Assembly (NCBI GenBank): GCA_902802755.1
Contig: CADCNH010000001.1
Span: 262,202 to 326,201, forward strand
Reading direction: 5' to 3'
From: an uncultured Bacteroidota bacterium
GTDB taxonomy: Bacteria; Bacteroidota; Bacteroidia; Bacteroidales; WCHB1-69
Length of the DNA stretch: 64,000 bases
Position 1 is the stretch's first letter; every line of letters begins with the position of its first letter. Both the position numbers and the translations under genes were made by a program. Shown one piece after another: positions 1-10,097 of this stretch. Below the pieces are notes generated by a model. It made no database searches and was not told the DNA's origin. It worked only from the letters and a program-made list of their open reading frames with translations.

Positions 1-113
1 TTTGTTTAAAGGGAATTTAAAATTGAATTATGAACTTTGAATTCTTTCACTACCCCGGCCTTCGGCCACCCCTTCTAAAAGAAGGGGATTTCAATCTGTC
101 CCCTGTAACCTGC

Positions 114-2576
114 TCACTCTTTAATGTAAATCCTTTGCACCCGCTTGGAAATCGCGGTCATCAGCTCGTAGGGGATGCGGCGGATAGAGGCGGCCACTTT
201 ATCTAACGGGTTGGCGTCGCCATAAACAATCACTTCGTCGCCCTCCTTGACCTCCAAGCCGGTGACATCCACCATGCACATGTCCATGCAGATTTTGCCT
301 ACAATGGGTACCAGTCGGCCAGCGATAGATACCTGTCCAATGCCATTGCCTAATTCTCTCGGATAGCCGTCGGCATAACCGATGGGGATAATGGCTATCT
401 TGCTATCTTTAAGTGTTTTATAGCTTCGATTATAGCCAATGGTTTCGTTGGCGGGGATGGTCTTGACTTGCGTGACCACTGTACGCAGGGTGACGGTATT
501 TTGCAATTGCGCTTGGTCTTGTGGCACGGCCGAGAAGCCATACAAACCAATACCCAAACGCACCATGTCGTATTGTGCTTCGGGAAAACGGCTGATGCCC
601 GCGGAGTTGAGGATGTGCCGCAGAATGGGATAGTCAAACTGGCCAATCAGGTAGGAACTCATGCGGTCGAACAGTGCAATTTGTCTGCGGGTGAAGTCGT
701 CCTCATTGGGGTCTTCGGCAGCCGCCAAATGCGAGAAAATGGAAGCGATCTTCAACTTCGGATGTTGCTGGATGAAAGCTGCCAACTGGGGCAAATCTCC
801 TTCGTCAAAGCCCAAACGGTGCATGCCTGTATCCAACTTAATGTGAATGGGAAAAGATTCAATATCAGAATGTTGTGCCAACAATTCTGTCAATTGTTCC
901 AGATAATGGAAGTTGAAAATCTCGGGTTCCAGCCGATAGGCGATCATGGCTTCGAAACTGTGCGCTTCGGCCCCCAGCACAATAATAGGCTTGGTGATGC
1001 TGCGTCTGCGGAATCTGACACCTTCATCAGTATAGGCCACTGCCAGATAGTCCACATGATGATACACCAGTTCGTTGATCAATTCCACATCGCCAAGTCC
1101 GTACGACTGGGCTTTCACCATGGCCACCATCTTGGTTTCGGGTTTTAGCAGCGAGCGGTAGTAGCTTAGGTTGTGGATGATGGCGGGTAGGTTGACATTG
1201 AGCACCGTTTGGTGGGTTTTGTACTGCAAGGCTGCCACTACCTTTTCGAAGCGGTAGCTACGGGCCGCTTTGAGAAGGATAACTTCTTGATTGAAGGGTT
1301 CTTGGTCTAAGTTGGCCAATAGCTCTTCTGTGGTATGGTAAAAGCTTTGCTCCGGAAATGCAAAGACGGAACGGTGGGCATAAAAACCGGTACCGACCGC
1401 AATAAGTCTTGTTATTCCTTTGTTTATCAGTAATTTATATATGTTCTGATAATCATCAGTGTCCAAATTTCCGGCTTGTTCAAAATCGGAAATGATAACG
1501 GTTTTGCGAATCATCTGGGTTTGGGCATTCATAAAGTCCAAGGCGATACGCAAGGAGCTCATATCCAGACTGTAAGTGTCGTTGATGATGACTGAATTGT
1601 TGATGCCCTCAATCATCTCCATACGCATGGAAACAGCAGACAAACTCTGCAATTTCTGGTTGATTTGTGGGAGCGTGAAATCCAACAACAGCATCAGCAC
1701 AACGGCGTGCATGGCATTTTCGATAGAGCCTGTGTCAGAGAAAGGAATGTCAATCAATTGGCCATTCAGGGAGACCACCGTGTGCACATCGGTAGTGTTG
1801 ACAAAATCAAGATGATAGTCCGCATCCTCGGCATGTCCCCAGGAAATAGTCTTTCCTTGGAAGTCTTTATTCTGCTTGAAATAGTTGTGAATGAGAGGAT
1901 TATCAGTATTGTAGATGACTTTCTGACAATGCTGGAAAAGTTTGGTTTTTTCTATCAGTTTTTCTTCAATATTTTGAAAAAACTCTTTATGTGCGGATCC
2001 GATATTGGTAAGAATACCTATAGTAGGCTGAATAACAGTGGCTAATTTTTCCATTTCACCAGGCTGGGAAATGCCAGCTTCAAAAATAGCCAGATTGTGT
2101 CGTTCGGCCATTTGCCAAACCGAGAGTGGTACACCGATTTGCGAATTGTAGCTGTTGGGGTTTCTCACCACGTGGAATTCAGGGGCCAGCATCTGGCTAA
2201 GCCACTCTTTCACAATGGTTTTGCCATTGCTTCCTGTGATGCCGACCACAGGATAGTCAAATTGCTTCCGATGGGCAGCGGCGATTTTTTGCAAGGCATC
2301 CACCGCATTGGTTACTTGGAGGAAGTTGGTGTCGGAAAAATGAGAAAATACGGCTAAGGGTTGCGTGATTATGAAATTCCGTACCCCTAATTTCCATAAT
2401 TCCTGAATGTAATGATGCCCATCATCTTTGGCAGTGGTGATGGCAAAAAACAGGGTCTTCTGCGGAATCAGAATGTTTCGACTGTCGAACGCAAGAAACT
2501 CTATTTCAGCATTTTCATCAACAATGTGGTGGTTTAATGGGTGACAAACATCCTTGATTTGCGCCAATGTCATCAT
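114..2576 (-). CDS. bifunctional UDP-N-acetylmuramoyl-tripeptide--D-alanyl-D-alanine ligase (MurF) / alanine racemase (Alr) fusion
   Basis: 820-aa ORF. The N-terminal half has the Mur-ligase P-loop VVGITGSNGKT. The C-terminal ~370 aa has the alanine-racemase PLP-lysine motif (AMVKAQSYGLG) and a conserved racemase C-terminus. Confidence 0.9.
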   Translation of the reverse strand: MMTLAQIKDVCHPLNHHIVDENAEIEFLAFDSRNILIPQKTLFFAITTAKDDGHHYIQELWKLGVRNFIITQPLAVFSHFSDTNFLQVTNAVDALQKIAAAHRKQFDYPVVGITGSNGKTIVKEWLSQMLAPEFHVVRNPNSYNSQIGVPLSVWQMAERHNLAIFEAGISQPGEMEKLATVIQPTIGILTNIGSAHKEFFQNIEEKLIEKTKLFQHCQKVIYNTDNPLIHNYFKQNKDFQGKTISWGHAEDADYHLDFVNTTDVHTVVSLNGQLIDIPFSDTGSIENAMHAVVLMLLLDFTLPQINQKLQSLSAVSMRMEMIEGINNSVIINDTYSLDMSSLRIALDFMNAQTQMIRKTVIISDFEQAGNLDTDDYQNIYKLLINKGITRLIAVGTGFYAHRSVFAFPEQSFYHTTEELLANLDQEPFNQEVILLKAARSYRFEKVVAALQYKTHQTVLNVNLPAIIHNLSYYRSLLKPETKMVAMVKAQSYGLGDVELINELVYHHVDYLAVAYTDEGVRFRRRSITKPIIVLGAEAHSFEAMIAYRLEPEIFNFHYLEQLTELLAQHSDIESFPIHIKLDTGMHRLGFDEGDLPQLAAFIQQHPKLKIASIFSHLAAAEDPNEDDFTRRQIALFDRMSSYLIGQFDYPILRHILNSAGISRFPEAQYDMVRLGIGLYGFSAVPQDQAQLQNTVTLRTVVTQVKTIPANETIGYNRSYKTLKDSKIAIIPIGYADGYPRELGNGIGQVSIAGRLVPIVGKICMDMCMVDVTGLEVKEGDEVIVYGDANPLDKVAASIRRIPYELMTAISKRVQRIYIKE

Positions 2577-2595
2577 GCGTGTGAATTTATTTTTG

Positions 2596-2603
2596 CAAAA
2601 ATA
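2596..2603 (-). promoter_or_regulatory. Bacteroidota -7 promoter box (TATTTTTG on minus strand) for murF-alr
   Basis: The reverse complement of caaaaata matches TAnnTTTG, ~20 nt upstream of the ATG at 2576. Confidence 0.5.
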
Positions 2604-2649
2604 CTTTTTTTTATGTTTAACTATGCCATGTTATGTAAAAAGTTTTTTG

Positions 2650-2657
2650 TACATTTG
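2650..2657 (+). promoter_or_regulatory. Bacteroidota -7 promoter box (TACATTTG) for mreB
   Basis: Matches TAnnTTTG, 50 nt upstream of the ATG at 2707. Confidence 0.5.
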
Positions 2658-2706
2658 CAGACTTTATTGTATGATATTGATAAATTAGGTTAAATAGCTG
2701 AATATT

Positions 2707-3729
2707 ATGGGATTATTTTCTATTTTCACGAAAGAAATAGCCATTGACCTTGGCACTGCCAACACGGTCATTTTATATAACGACAAAGTTGTCGTCGATG
2801 AACCTTCCATTATTGCCATAGACAGAGATACCAAAGAATTGCAGGCTGTCGGCAAAAAAGCTTTGATGATGGAGGGTAAGGAACATGAGCGTATCAAAAC
2901 TATCCGTCCCTTGCGCGATGGCGTTATCGCCGACTTCCAGTCCACCGAAAAGATGCTTTACGAGCTGATCAAGATGACGGGTACCAAGCGTTACTTTTTC
3001 CCGCAGGCCCTGAAAATGGTGATTTGCATTCCTTCGGGTATCACCGAAGTGGAGGAACGTGCTGTAAGAGACTCAGCCGAACATGCGGGTGCCAAAGAGG
3101 TACGTATGATTTATGAGCCTATGGCTGCCGCTATCGGTACAGGTATCGATGTGCTGGATGCCAATGGTAACATGATTATTGACATCGGTGGTGGTACCAG
3201 CGAAATCGCTGTGTTGGCCTTGGGTGGTATCGTTTGCAGCAAGTCTGTCAAAACCGCTGGTGTGGAGTTCAATCTCGACATTCAGGATTATATGCGTAAA
3301 AAACACAATATCGCTATCGGTTTCGGTACCGCAGAACAAATCAAAATCAATGTGGGTTCCGCCATCGAGGACTTGGAAAATCCGCCTGAAGATTATGAGG
3401 TTTACGGTCGTGACCTCTTGCAGGGTATTCCTATCTGCGTAAAAGTCAATTACCGTGAGATTGCCCAGGCTTTGGACCGCTCCATTTCGAAAATTGAAGC
3501 CGCTGTCATCAACGCTTTGGAAAATACTCCGGCAGAGCTTTCCGCAGATATTTACAAGACCGGTATTTACATGGCCGGTGGTGGTTCCTTGTTGCGTGGC
3601 TTGGATAAGCGTATCGCCAAGAAGACCAGCTTGAAGGTGCATGTGGCTGAAGACCCATTGAAAGCTGTGGCCCGTGGTACCGCTATCGCCTTGAAGAATT
3701 TCGACAAATTCCCATTCTTAATCCAATAA
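2707..3729 (+). CDS. mreB: rod shape-determining protein MreB
   Basis: 340 aa. Actin-like ATPase motifs IAIDLGTANTVI and DIGGGTSEIAV, with typical MreB length. Confidence 0.95.
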   Translation: MGLFSIFTKEIAIDLGTANTVILYNDKVVVDEPSIIAIDRDTKELQAVGKKALMMEGKEHERIKTIRPLRDGVIADFQSTEKMLYELIKMTGTKRYFFPQALKMVICIPSGITEVEERAVRDSAEHAGAKEVRMIYEPMAAAIGTGIDVLDANGNMIIDIGGGTSEIAVLALGGIVCSKSVKTAGVEFNLDIQDYMRKKHNIAIGFGTAEQIKINVGSAIEDLENPPEDYEVYGRDLLQGIPICVKVNYREIAQALDRSISKIEAAVINALENTPAELSADIYKTGIYMAGGGSLLRGLDKRIAKKTSLKVHVAEDPLKAVARGTAIALKNFDKFPFLIQ

Positions 3730-3737
3730 TTTGGGCT

Positions 3738-4235
3738 ATGAATAATCTTTCTATGATTGCCGCTGTCGGCAATAACTATGAGTTGGGCTATAAGAACCAA
3801 TTGCTTTGCCATTTGCCGGTGGACCTGAAGCGTTTCAAAACGCTGACCTCCGGCCATACCGTATTGATGGGTGACCGCACCTGGGAGTCATTGCCCAAAA
3901 AACCCCTTCCCAATCGCCGGAATATTGTCATTACACTAAATCAAGATGCTGATTATCAGGATTGTGAATTGGCTTTTTCCATAGATGAGGCCATGCGTTT
4001 GGTAGAAAATGACGAACAGCCTTTTATCATGGGCGGGGCTACTATCTACAAGTTGTTTATCGACAAGATTGAAACTTTATACCTTACCCGCATTTTGTCT
4101 GATTTTCAAGCGGATGTTTATTTCCCAGAATTGAATATGGAGGAGTGGACACTGGTGGAGGACGAATTTAAACCCAAGGATGAAATAAATATCTATGATT
4201 TGCGTTTTCAAACCTATAAAAGGAAACAAAAATGA
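3738..4235 (+). CDS. folA: dihydrofolate reductase
   Basis: 165 aa. Contains IAAVGNNYELG, TLTSGHTVLMGDRTWESLP and FIMGGATIYK, typical of DHFR. Confidence 0.9.
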   Translation: MNNLSMIAAVGNNYELGYKNQLLCHLPVDLKRFKTLTSGHTVLMGDRTWESLPKKPLPNRRNIVITLNQDADYQDCELAFSIDEAMRLVENDEQPFIMGGATIYKLFIDKIETLYLTRILSDFQADVYFPELNMEEWTLVEDEFKPKDEINIYDLRFQTYKRKQK

Positions 4236-4792
4236 AAAAGATTATCGTATTTCTCGCTTTTGTAATGGTAGGCCTGATGGCCTTCGCCCAAAACAAAAAG
4301 GGAGTGGAAATCCCATATCCCAATGTTCCTATTGATGAACAGACCAATCTGGTCACATATAAGGAAGTGGTGCAGCAAGCCAATGCCACACCACAGGAAT
4401 TGTTTGACCGTGCCATGCAGTGGGTGAAAAACTATTATAAAAACACGGCAGAGGTCATCAAGAGCAGTGATCGCGACAAGGGTGTTATCCAGTTGCGTTC
4501 CAGTGTGAAAATATATGTGGTGAAAGAAGACGGAAGCAAGTTGTTCAAGAATATTGTGTATTACAATATGAAGATAGAATGCCGTCCAGGCCGTTATCGT
4601 TATACCATTACAGATTTCAATGAGAAGGCTACCGCTGCCGCTCCTGTTGAGGTTTGGCTGAATACCGAGAATCCTAAATGGGAAATTGGACAATATGCAT
4701 GGCTGAATCAGATTGATGAACAGATTCTGGCGTTGATAGAATCCTTGGAAGAAGGTATGAATCCCCCTGTCATTATAGAAGATGAGTGGTAA
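4232..4792 (+). CDS. DUF4468-like secreted protein
   Basis: 186 aa with a signal peptide (MKKIIVFLAFVMVGLMAFAQ). The N-terminal pattern resembles Bacteroidota DUF4468 proteins. Family assignment is from memory. Confidence 0.6.
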   Translation: MKKIIVFLAFVMVGLMAFAQNKKGVEIPYPNVPIDEQTNLVTYKEVVQQANATPQELFDRAMQWVKNYYKNTAEVIKSSDRDKGVIQLRSSVKIYVVKEDGSKLFKNIVYYNMKIECRPGRYRYTITDFNEKATAAAPVEVWLNTENPKWEIGQYAWLNQIDEQILALIESLEEGMNPPVIIEDEW

Positions 4793-5531
4793 AAAAGTTC
4801 TTTTCTTATTAGTTTTGTTGTCGGCTTTGTTTTCTTCCTGCCGTAAAGAGAAAACAGCAGATTTGTCGTTGTCGTTTGCTTTTGAGGTGGATGGGAAGGC
4901 ATTGCAGCAGGATGTACGCCAATATGTCAATGCCGCAGGCAATCAATACGAAGTGAACGAAGTCATGTATTTCATTGATGATGTTAAATTGTATAAAAGT
5001 GATGGCTCCGTGGTTTCAAAAAACCATATTCATTATGTGGATGCCGATATTCCTTCAACTTTGGAATGGGATTTGGGCATGATACCACAGGGTGACTATA
5101 CCGCGATTTCATTTACTTTTGGCTTGACTGACGCACAAAACCTCAACAATCGTTTTGTGAATCCGCCGGAGTGTGACATGAGCTGGCCGGAAGTTATGGG
5201 CGGAGGTTATCATTACATGAAAATCAATGGCAAATGGTTGGCGGAGAATGGGGAAGTGAAACCTTTTAATCTGCATACAGGCAGAGGTCAGATATACGAT
5301 GAAGAAGGAAATGTTGTCGAATTGGTGGACAACTCTTTTACTGTGAGAGTAGAAAGCCCTTTTACGGTGAAGGGAGAATGGAAAAACATGCAACTGGTCA
5401 TGAACATCAACCAATGGTTCAATGCGAATCATGTGTTTGATTTAAATGAATGGGGTGGAAGTATCATGCAGAACCAGGCGGCCCAGGAGATACTGAAACA
5501 GAATGGACCGTACGTGTTTGAATTGAAATAG
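4782..5531 (+). CDS. lipoprotein, MbnP-like (tentative)
   Basis: 249 aa with a lipobox (LFSSC). It overlaps the upstream gene by 11 nt, suggesting an operon. The family call is tentative. Confidence 0.5.
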   Translation: MSGKKVLFLLVLLSALFSSCRKEKTADLSLSFAFEVDGKALQQDVRQYVNAAGNQYEVNEVMYFIDDVKLYKSDGSVVSKNHIHYVDADIPSTLEWDLGMIPQGDYTAISFTFGLTDAQNLNNRFVNPPECDMSWPEVMGGGYHYMKINGKWLAENGEVKPFNLHTGRGQIYDEEGNVVELVDNSFTVRVESPFTVKGEWKNMQLVMNINQWFNANHVFDLNEWGGSIMQNQAAQEILKQNGPYVFELK

Positions 5532-5540
5532 TAATTGTAA

Positions 5541-5642
5541 AGACGGGGCATGCCTTGTCTCATAAAAATAACACATGAAGAGACGCACGGCCGTACGTCT
5601 CTATAAAACGAAATATTGTGAAGACGGGACAACCCCTGTCTC
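5541..5642. repeat. three tandem REP-like hairpins with GAGACG/CGTCTC-type stems
   Basis: agacggggcatgccttgtct (5541-5560), gagacgcacggccgtacgtctc (5579-5602), agacgggacaacccctgtct (5622-5642). Related hairpins occur at 11434-11461 and 46640-46655. Confidence 0.7.
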
Positions 5643-5659
5643 CAAAAACAAAATTTACC

Positions 5660-6223
5660 ATGTCAGGAAAATTAATCATTGTGTCAGCGCCTTCCGGGGC
5701 AGGAAAAACGTCAATCGTGAAGCATCTTCTGAAAGTACAGCCCAATTTGGCATTTTCCATTTCCGCCACCAGCCGTGCCAAACGTGAGGGAGAATGTGAT
5801 GGCAAGGATTATTATTTCCTGTCCGTGGAGGATTTCAAACAAAAGTTAGCCAATGATGAATTTCTGGAATGGCAGGAGGTATATCACAACCAGTTCTATG
5901 GCACGTTGAAATCCGAAATCGACCGTATTTGGGGCGAGGGCAAGCACGTGATTTTCGATGTGGATGTGCTGGGCGGACTGAATCTGAAAAAAATATTCGG
6001 CGATAAGGCATTGGCTGTATTCATCCAACCTCCCACCGTAGAAGCCCTCAAAGAGCGTTTGTGCGGCCGTGGCACCGAAGACGAAGCTTCATTGAAAAAG
6101 CGTCTGGCCAAGGCCGAATACGAATTGTCGTTTGCCGACCAATTCGACACTGTGATTGTCAACGACAAGCTGAAAACCGCCCAGGAGGAGGCAGTGGAGA
6201 AGATTAACGCTTTTCTGAAATAA
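5660..6223 (+). CDS. gmk: guanylate kinase
   Basis: P-loop SAPSGAGKTS and a conserved guanylate kinase core. I chose the start at MSGKLIIV (5660), because the 5618 extension runs through an intergenic hairpin. Confidence 0.9.
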   Translation: MSGKLIIVSAPSGAGKTSIVKHLLKVQPNLAFSISATSRAKREGECDGKDYYFLSVEDFKQKLANDEFLEWQEVYHNQFYGTLKSEIDRIWGEGKHVIFDVDVLGGLNLKKIFGDKALAVFIQPPTVEALKERLCGRGTEDEASLKKRLAKAEYELSFADQFDTVIVNDKLKTAQEEAVEKINAFLK

Positions 6224-7859
6224 GGTATTTCCGCAGCTCTTTTGGCAAATAAAAGGTTTTGTTTTTCTCCATGAAAACCACTACGGAAGACAGTGGTACA
6301 ATCTGTTTGTCGATGGTGACGTAGTTGTCGTAGCTGTTGGCCACCAGTTTGTGTTTTTTGTATTGCACGGTCAGGCGATAGTGGTCTTTGTCGAGGCTGT
6401 CAATGGTGATGTTTTTCGCATCAGGAAACAGGGTGGCATGGCTGGTGAAAATGTCTTCGGTCAGTCTGGAAAGTTGTCCTGTAATGCCTAATTGCCGGCA
6501 CAGGTACTCATTCACTTCTATATTGCTGATAACGCCGTTGGGACGATCGTTTTGCGGATGATAGCATGCCATAAAGACATCTTCACCGGTATGACCGTAG
6601 GTGGTGGTGCCGAAATAGGTGCGGTCATACACAATGCGGGCAAGGGTTTTGGTCAAAGAGGCTTCTTTTCTATCCTCTTTGGCGATAGGGGAGTTCTTGA
6701 AGTCTTTGGAGTGGTATATTTTGTCCAGCTCCTCTTCAGTAAGTGTGATATTATAGTACTTCTTGATCAGTTCAGGGATTTTGTTTATTTCTTCTTTTTT
6801 GATCATCTCGGCCATTGACCAGGTGGAGACGGTGTAATCATCCAGAGGTTTCATGATTTCTTCCAGCGAAAGTTTGCTGTAACCACTGTTGCTCTGACGA
6901 CTGCCGATATTAAAACCGCCGCAACCATGGTCGGGGAGGACGAGCACTACCGTATGGCCATCTTTACGGGCAAAATCCATGGCCACCTGTACTGCGTTGT
7001 TGAATGCCAGAAAGTCCAGAATGGCGGTTTTGGCATCGTTGTCGTGGGCAGCCCAATCTACTTTGCTGCCTTCCACCATGAGGAAGAAACCTTCTTTTTT
7101 CTGCGACAACAGGTCAATGGCTTTATGTGTCATTTCCGCTAAAGAGGGCTCTTCGGCGGGTTTCCGTTCAATCTCGTATTCCATGCAGGTTTTATTGAAC
7201 AAAGCCCACATTTTGCCGCTTTGGGTGGCTTCCATGCCTTTTTTGTCGTTCAGGAACACTTGGTAGTTGTTATGTTTCAAATCGTTGACCAATGCGTCAG
7301 TCAAATACGTTGTACCTCCGCCAATCACCACATCCAGTTGATTGTGAACCATTTGCGGGGCAATGGCACCATAATCGCTGCGGTTGTATGTGTGGGCGGC
7401 ACAGTCAGCGGGGGTGGCATGGGGAAACTCACAGGTGAAGACCAGCCCGGTGGCTTTGTGCTTCAATATGCGAGCCGCTTCCAATACAGTGGCCATGGGC
7501 TGGTAAACACGGGTGGCATCTATTGGATACAGGTCGTGATCGGTTTTGACAGGGTAGGTGGACACAAAACCTTTTTGGGAAGGCTGGCCTGTGACATAGC
7601 ATGAGGTGGTAGGGGCGGAGTCGCCAATCGGTGCGTCTGAGCAATGGGTCATCACCATACCGCAGAAATAGGCGTCGATGGGCAGCGAGGTATAGTTAGC
7701 GTCATGATACTGGGCGTATTGCCGGGTCATGGACAAGAGGGCAGTGCTGCAGCCATCGGGAATCATGAGAATGACATTCTTGATGCTGTCTTGAGTGCAG
7801 AAGACCATCCCTGGCAGCAAAAGGATGGCAATAACAAGGAGGACCTTCAGTTTTTTCAT
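6204..7859 (-). CDS. alkaline phosphatase family protein (secreted, with C-terminal extension)
   Basis: Metal-site DGCSTA, active-site GDSAPT (DSA serine) and PDHGCGG. Signal peptide MKKLKVLLVIAILLL. The ORF could also start at 7883. Confidence 0.85.
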   Translation of the reverse strand: MKKLKVLLVIAILLLPGMVFCTQDSIKNVILMIPDGCSTALLSMTRQYAQYHDANYTSLPIDAYFCGMVMTHCSDAPIGDSAPTTSCYVTGQPSQKGFVSTYPVKTDHDLYPIDATRVYQPMATVLEAARILKHKATGLVFTCEFPHATPADCAAHTYNRSDYGAIAPQMVHNQLDVVIGGGTTYLTDALVNDLKHNNYQVFLNDKKGMEATQSGKMWALFNKTCMEYEIERKPAEEPSLAEMTHKAIDLLSQKKEGFFLMVEGSKVDWAAHDNDAKTAILDFLAFNNAVQVAMDFARKDGHTVVLVLPDHGCGGFNIGSRQSNSGYSKLSLEEIMKPLDDYTVSTWSMAEMIKKEEINKIPELIKKYYNITLTEEELDKIYHSKDFKNSPIAKEDRKEASLTKTLARIVYDRTYFGTTTYGHTGEDVFMACYHPQNDRPNGVISNIEVNEYLCRQLGITGQLSRLTEDIFTSHATLFPDAKNITIDSLDKDHYRLTVQYKKHKLVANSYDNYVTIDKQIVPLSSVVVFMEKNKTFYLPKELRKYLISEKR

Positions 7860-7869
7860 GTTCGGTGTT

Positions 7870-10047
7870 TTATAAGTTTTCAAGGATATAATTGGTCAGT
7901 TTAGTATATAGATGGGTTCTGGTATTGCCACCCATGATAAAATGGTTCTTGTTGGGATAGAAGAACTGGTCGTATTGCTTGCCCGCTTTGTTGAGAGCTG
8001 TAACCAAGTCCATGGCATTTTGGAAATGTACATTGTCATCGGCCGTGCCGTGAATGAGTAAATATTTGGTTTCCAAATCTTTGGCAAATGTAATGGGCGA
8101 GTTTTGGTCGTAGCCGTCCGGATTTTCCTGTGGGGTTTGGAGGAAGCGTTCGGTATAGATGTTGTCGTAATAGCGCCAGTTGGTGACGGGGGCGACGGAA
8201 ATGGCCATTTTGAAGGTTTTGCCACTCTTGAAAGCGGACAAGGCGGAAAGATAGCCACCAAAACTCCAACCCCAGATGCCGATGCGGTTTTTGTCCACAT
8301 AGTAGAGGGTTTTCAGGTAGTTGGCGGTGGAAATCTGGTCGATAGCCTCATAATGTCCCATGTTTTTATACACGCATTTGCGGAATTCGTCGCCACGAGC
8401 GTTAGTGCCGCGACCATCCACACAAACCACGATATAGCCGTGCTGGGCCAGCAGTTGGTACCAGGCGAAATCCATAGCGCGGGAGTATGAGTTATCGACT
8501 TCCTGTGAGCAGGGACCACCATAAACGTACATTAGCACAGGGTATTTTTTAGTGGCATCGAAGTCCAAAGGTTTCAGCATCCAGCCGTTCAGCTGCACAC
8601 CTTGGTCGCTGGTGAAAGTAAACAATTCTTTTTTAGCGAAACCATATTCTTCCATCCGTTTTTTGAGGGCTGCATTGTCTTCCAACACACGCAATTGCTT
8701 GCCGTCGGCTTTATGGATGGTATAGATTGGCGGGGTTTGAATATCAGAATAGGTGCAGCGGTAATATTTCGCATTGGAGCTGAAGGATACATCGTTCCAA
8801 CCGGTGCCTGAGGTGAGCAGTTTCTTCTTTTTGCCATCGAAATTGATAACGTAGAGGTCGCGGTTAAGTGTGTTGGACTCATTGGATAGGTAGTAAACCA
8901 ATTTCGCTTTCTGGTCAACAGCGGCGATAGAGGCCACATCCCATTGGCCTTTGGTGAGTTGTGTCACGGGGCCGCCCAGCTCAACTTTATAAATATGGTT
9001 ATAGCCGTCACGTTCAGAAGTGACTAACATGGTTTTATTGTCATTCAGAAAATGATATTCATCGCTGATTTCTAGCCAGCATTTGTTATCATCGGTAAAA
9101 ACCACATCATATTGCTGAGTCAGTGTGTTGTAACGGATAAAATCAAGATGGTTCTGGTGGCGGTTCAGTTTCAGCGTGATCAGGTCAGTGGAGTTGGGCA
9201 GCCAATAGATGCGGGGGTAATAACCATCAAAGTCCTTACCAAAATCCAGTTTGGTGGTTTTTTGTGTACCGAGATCGTATATCATCACTTCCACAACAGA
9301 ATTGTCCTCGCCAGCTTTCGGGTATTTGTAGCGATATTCCTCGGGATAAAGTTCACCCCACATTGTCATGGAAAATTCTTTGACCTGGCTTTCATCGAAG
9401 CGTAGGAAAGCGATTTTGCTGCCATCGGGTGACCAGCTAAAATATTGAGCTTGACTGAGTTCTTCTTCATATACCCAATCAGCCATGCCGTTCAGCACCT
9501 TGTTGCGTTCTCCGTCGAAAGTGATTTGTGTCTCTTTCATAGTGGCTAAATCAACCATGAAGAGGTTGTTGTCGCGTACAAAAGCCACTTTGCTACCATC
9601 ATTCGAGAAGGTGGCGAAACTTTGTTTCCCTTTACTCTTGTCGCTAATGGAAACTATTTTTTCTTTCTGTTTATCAAAAACATAGTAAAACGCTTTGGAG
9701 GAGCGGCGGTATATGCTTTCTTCTTCTGTAGATAATAAAATTTTGTTTTCGGACTGGTCGAAACTATAATCGCTCAAATCCTCCAATTTTAATTCTTTAT
9801 TGGAAAAACTTGAAATTTTGAGGGAGGGTAATGTTACTTCGGTCATATCTCCAGTCTCGAAACTGTGTTTGACGATGCCGGCTAAACTTACCACACTGTA
9901 TTCATTGCCATTGGGCACAGGGGTATATCCCCGGACACCTTTAGGGTAAAACAGATATTTGGACCAGATGTCCTCAACGGTAATCTGTTTTTGGGCATCT
10001 AACAATAAGGGCAGAAGCAGCAAAAAGAAAGCAAGGATTTTTTTCAT
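7870..10047 (-). CDS. S9B dipeptidyl-peptidase IV
   Basis: N-terminal beta-propeller plus C-terminal hydrolase with GIWGWSFGGY and DDNVHF. The start at MKKILAFFLL (10047) is preferred over 10122. Confidence 0.9.
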   Translation of the reverse strand: MKKILAFFLLLLPLLLDAQKQITVEDIWSKYLFYPKGVRGYTPVPNGNEYSVVSLAGIVKHSFETGDMTEVTLPSLKISSFSNKELKLEDLSDYSFDQSENKILLSTEEESIYRRSSKAFYYVFDKQKEKIVSISDKSKGKQSFATFSNDGSKVAFVRDNNLFMVDLATMKETQITFDGERNKVLNGMADWVYEEELSQAQYFSWSPDGSKIAFLRFDESQVKEFSMTMWGELYPEEYRYKYPKAGEDNSVVEVMIYDLGTQKTTKLDFGKDFDGYYPRIYWLPNSTDLITLKLNRHQNHLDFIRYNTLTQQYDVVFTDDNKCWLEISDEYHFLNDNKTMLVTSERDGYNHIYKVELGGPVTQLTKGQWDVASIAAVDQKAKLVYYLSNESNTLNRDLYVINFDGKKKKLLTSGTGWNDVSFSSNAKYYRCTYSDIQTPPIYTIHKADGKQLRVLEDNAALKKRMEEYGFAKKELFTFTSDQGVQLNGWMLKPLDFDATKKYPVLMYVYGGPCSQEVDNSYSRAMDFAWYQLLAQHGYIVVCVDGRGTNARGDEFRKCVYKNMGHYEAIDQISTANYLKTLYYVDKNRIGIWGWSFGGYLSALSAFKSGKTFKMAISVAPVTNWRYYDNIYTERFLQTPQENPDGYDQNSPITFAKDLETKYLLIHGTADDNVHFQNAMDLVTALNKAGKQYDQFFYPNKNHFIMGGNTRTHLYTKLTNYILENL

Positions 10048-10087
10048 GATATTATTTTTTGAAATTATCGTATTGAGAAATTGTTTG

Positions 10088-10095
10088 CAAAGATA
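10088..10095 (-). promoter_or_regulatory. -7 promoter box (TATCTTTG on minus strand) for the DPP-IV gene
   Basis: The reverse complement of caaagata lies ~41 nt upstream of the ATG at 10047. Confidence 0.55.
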
Positions 10096-10097
10096 AC

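Noticed and set aside
468-1148. 226-aa plus-strand ORF. Similar antisense ORFs occur at 4214-4942, 12048-12701, 16743-17495, 33516-33980 and 48546-49127.
   Set aside because: All are antisense or out of frame within well-supported genes and lack recognisable motifs.
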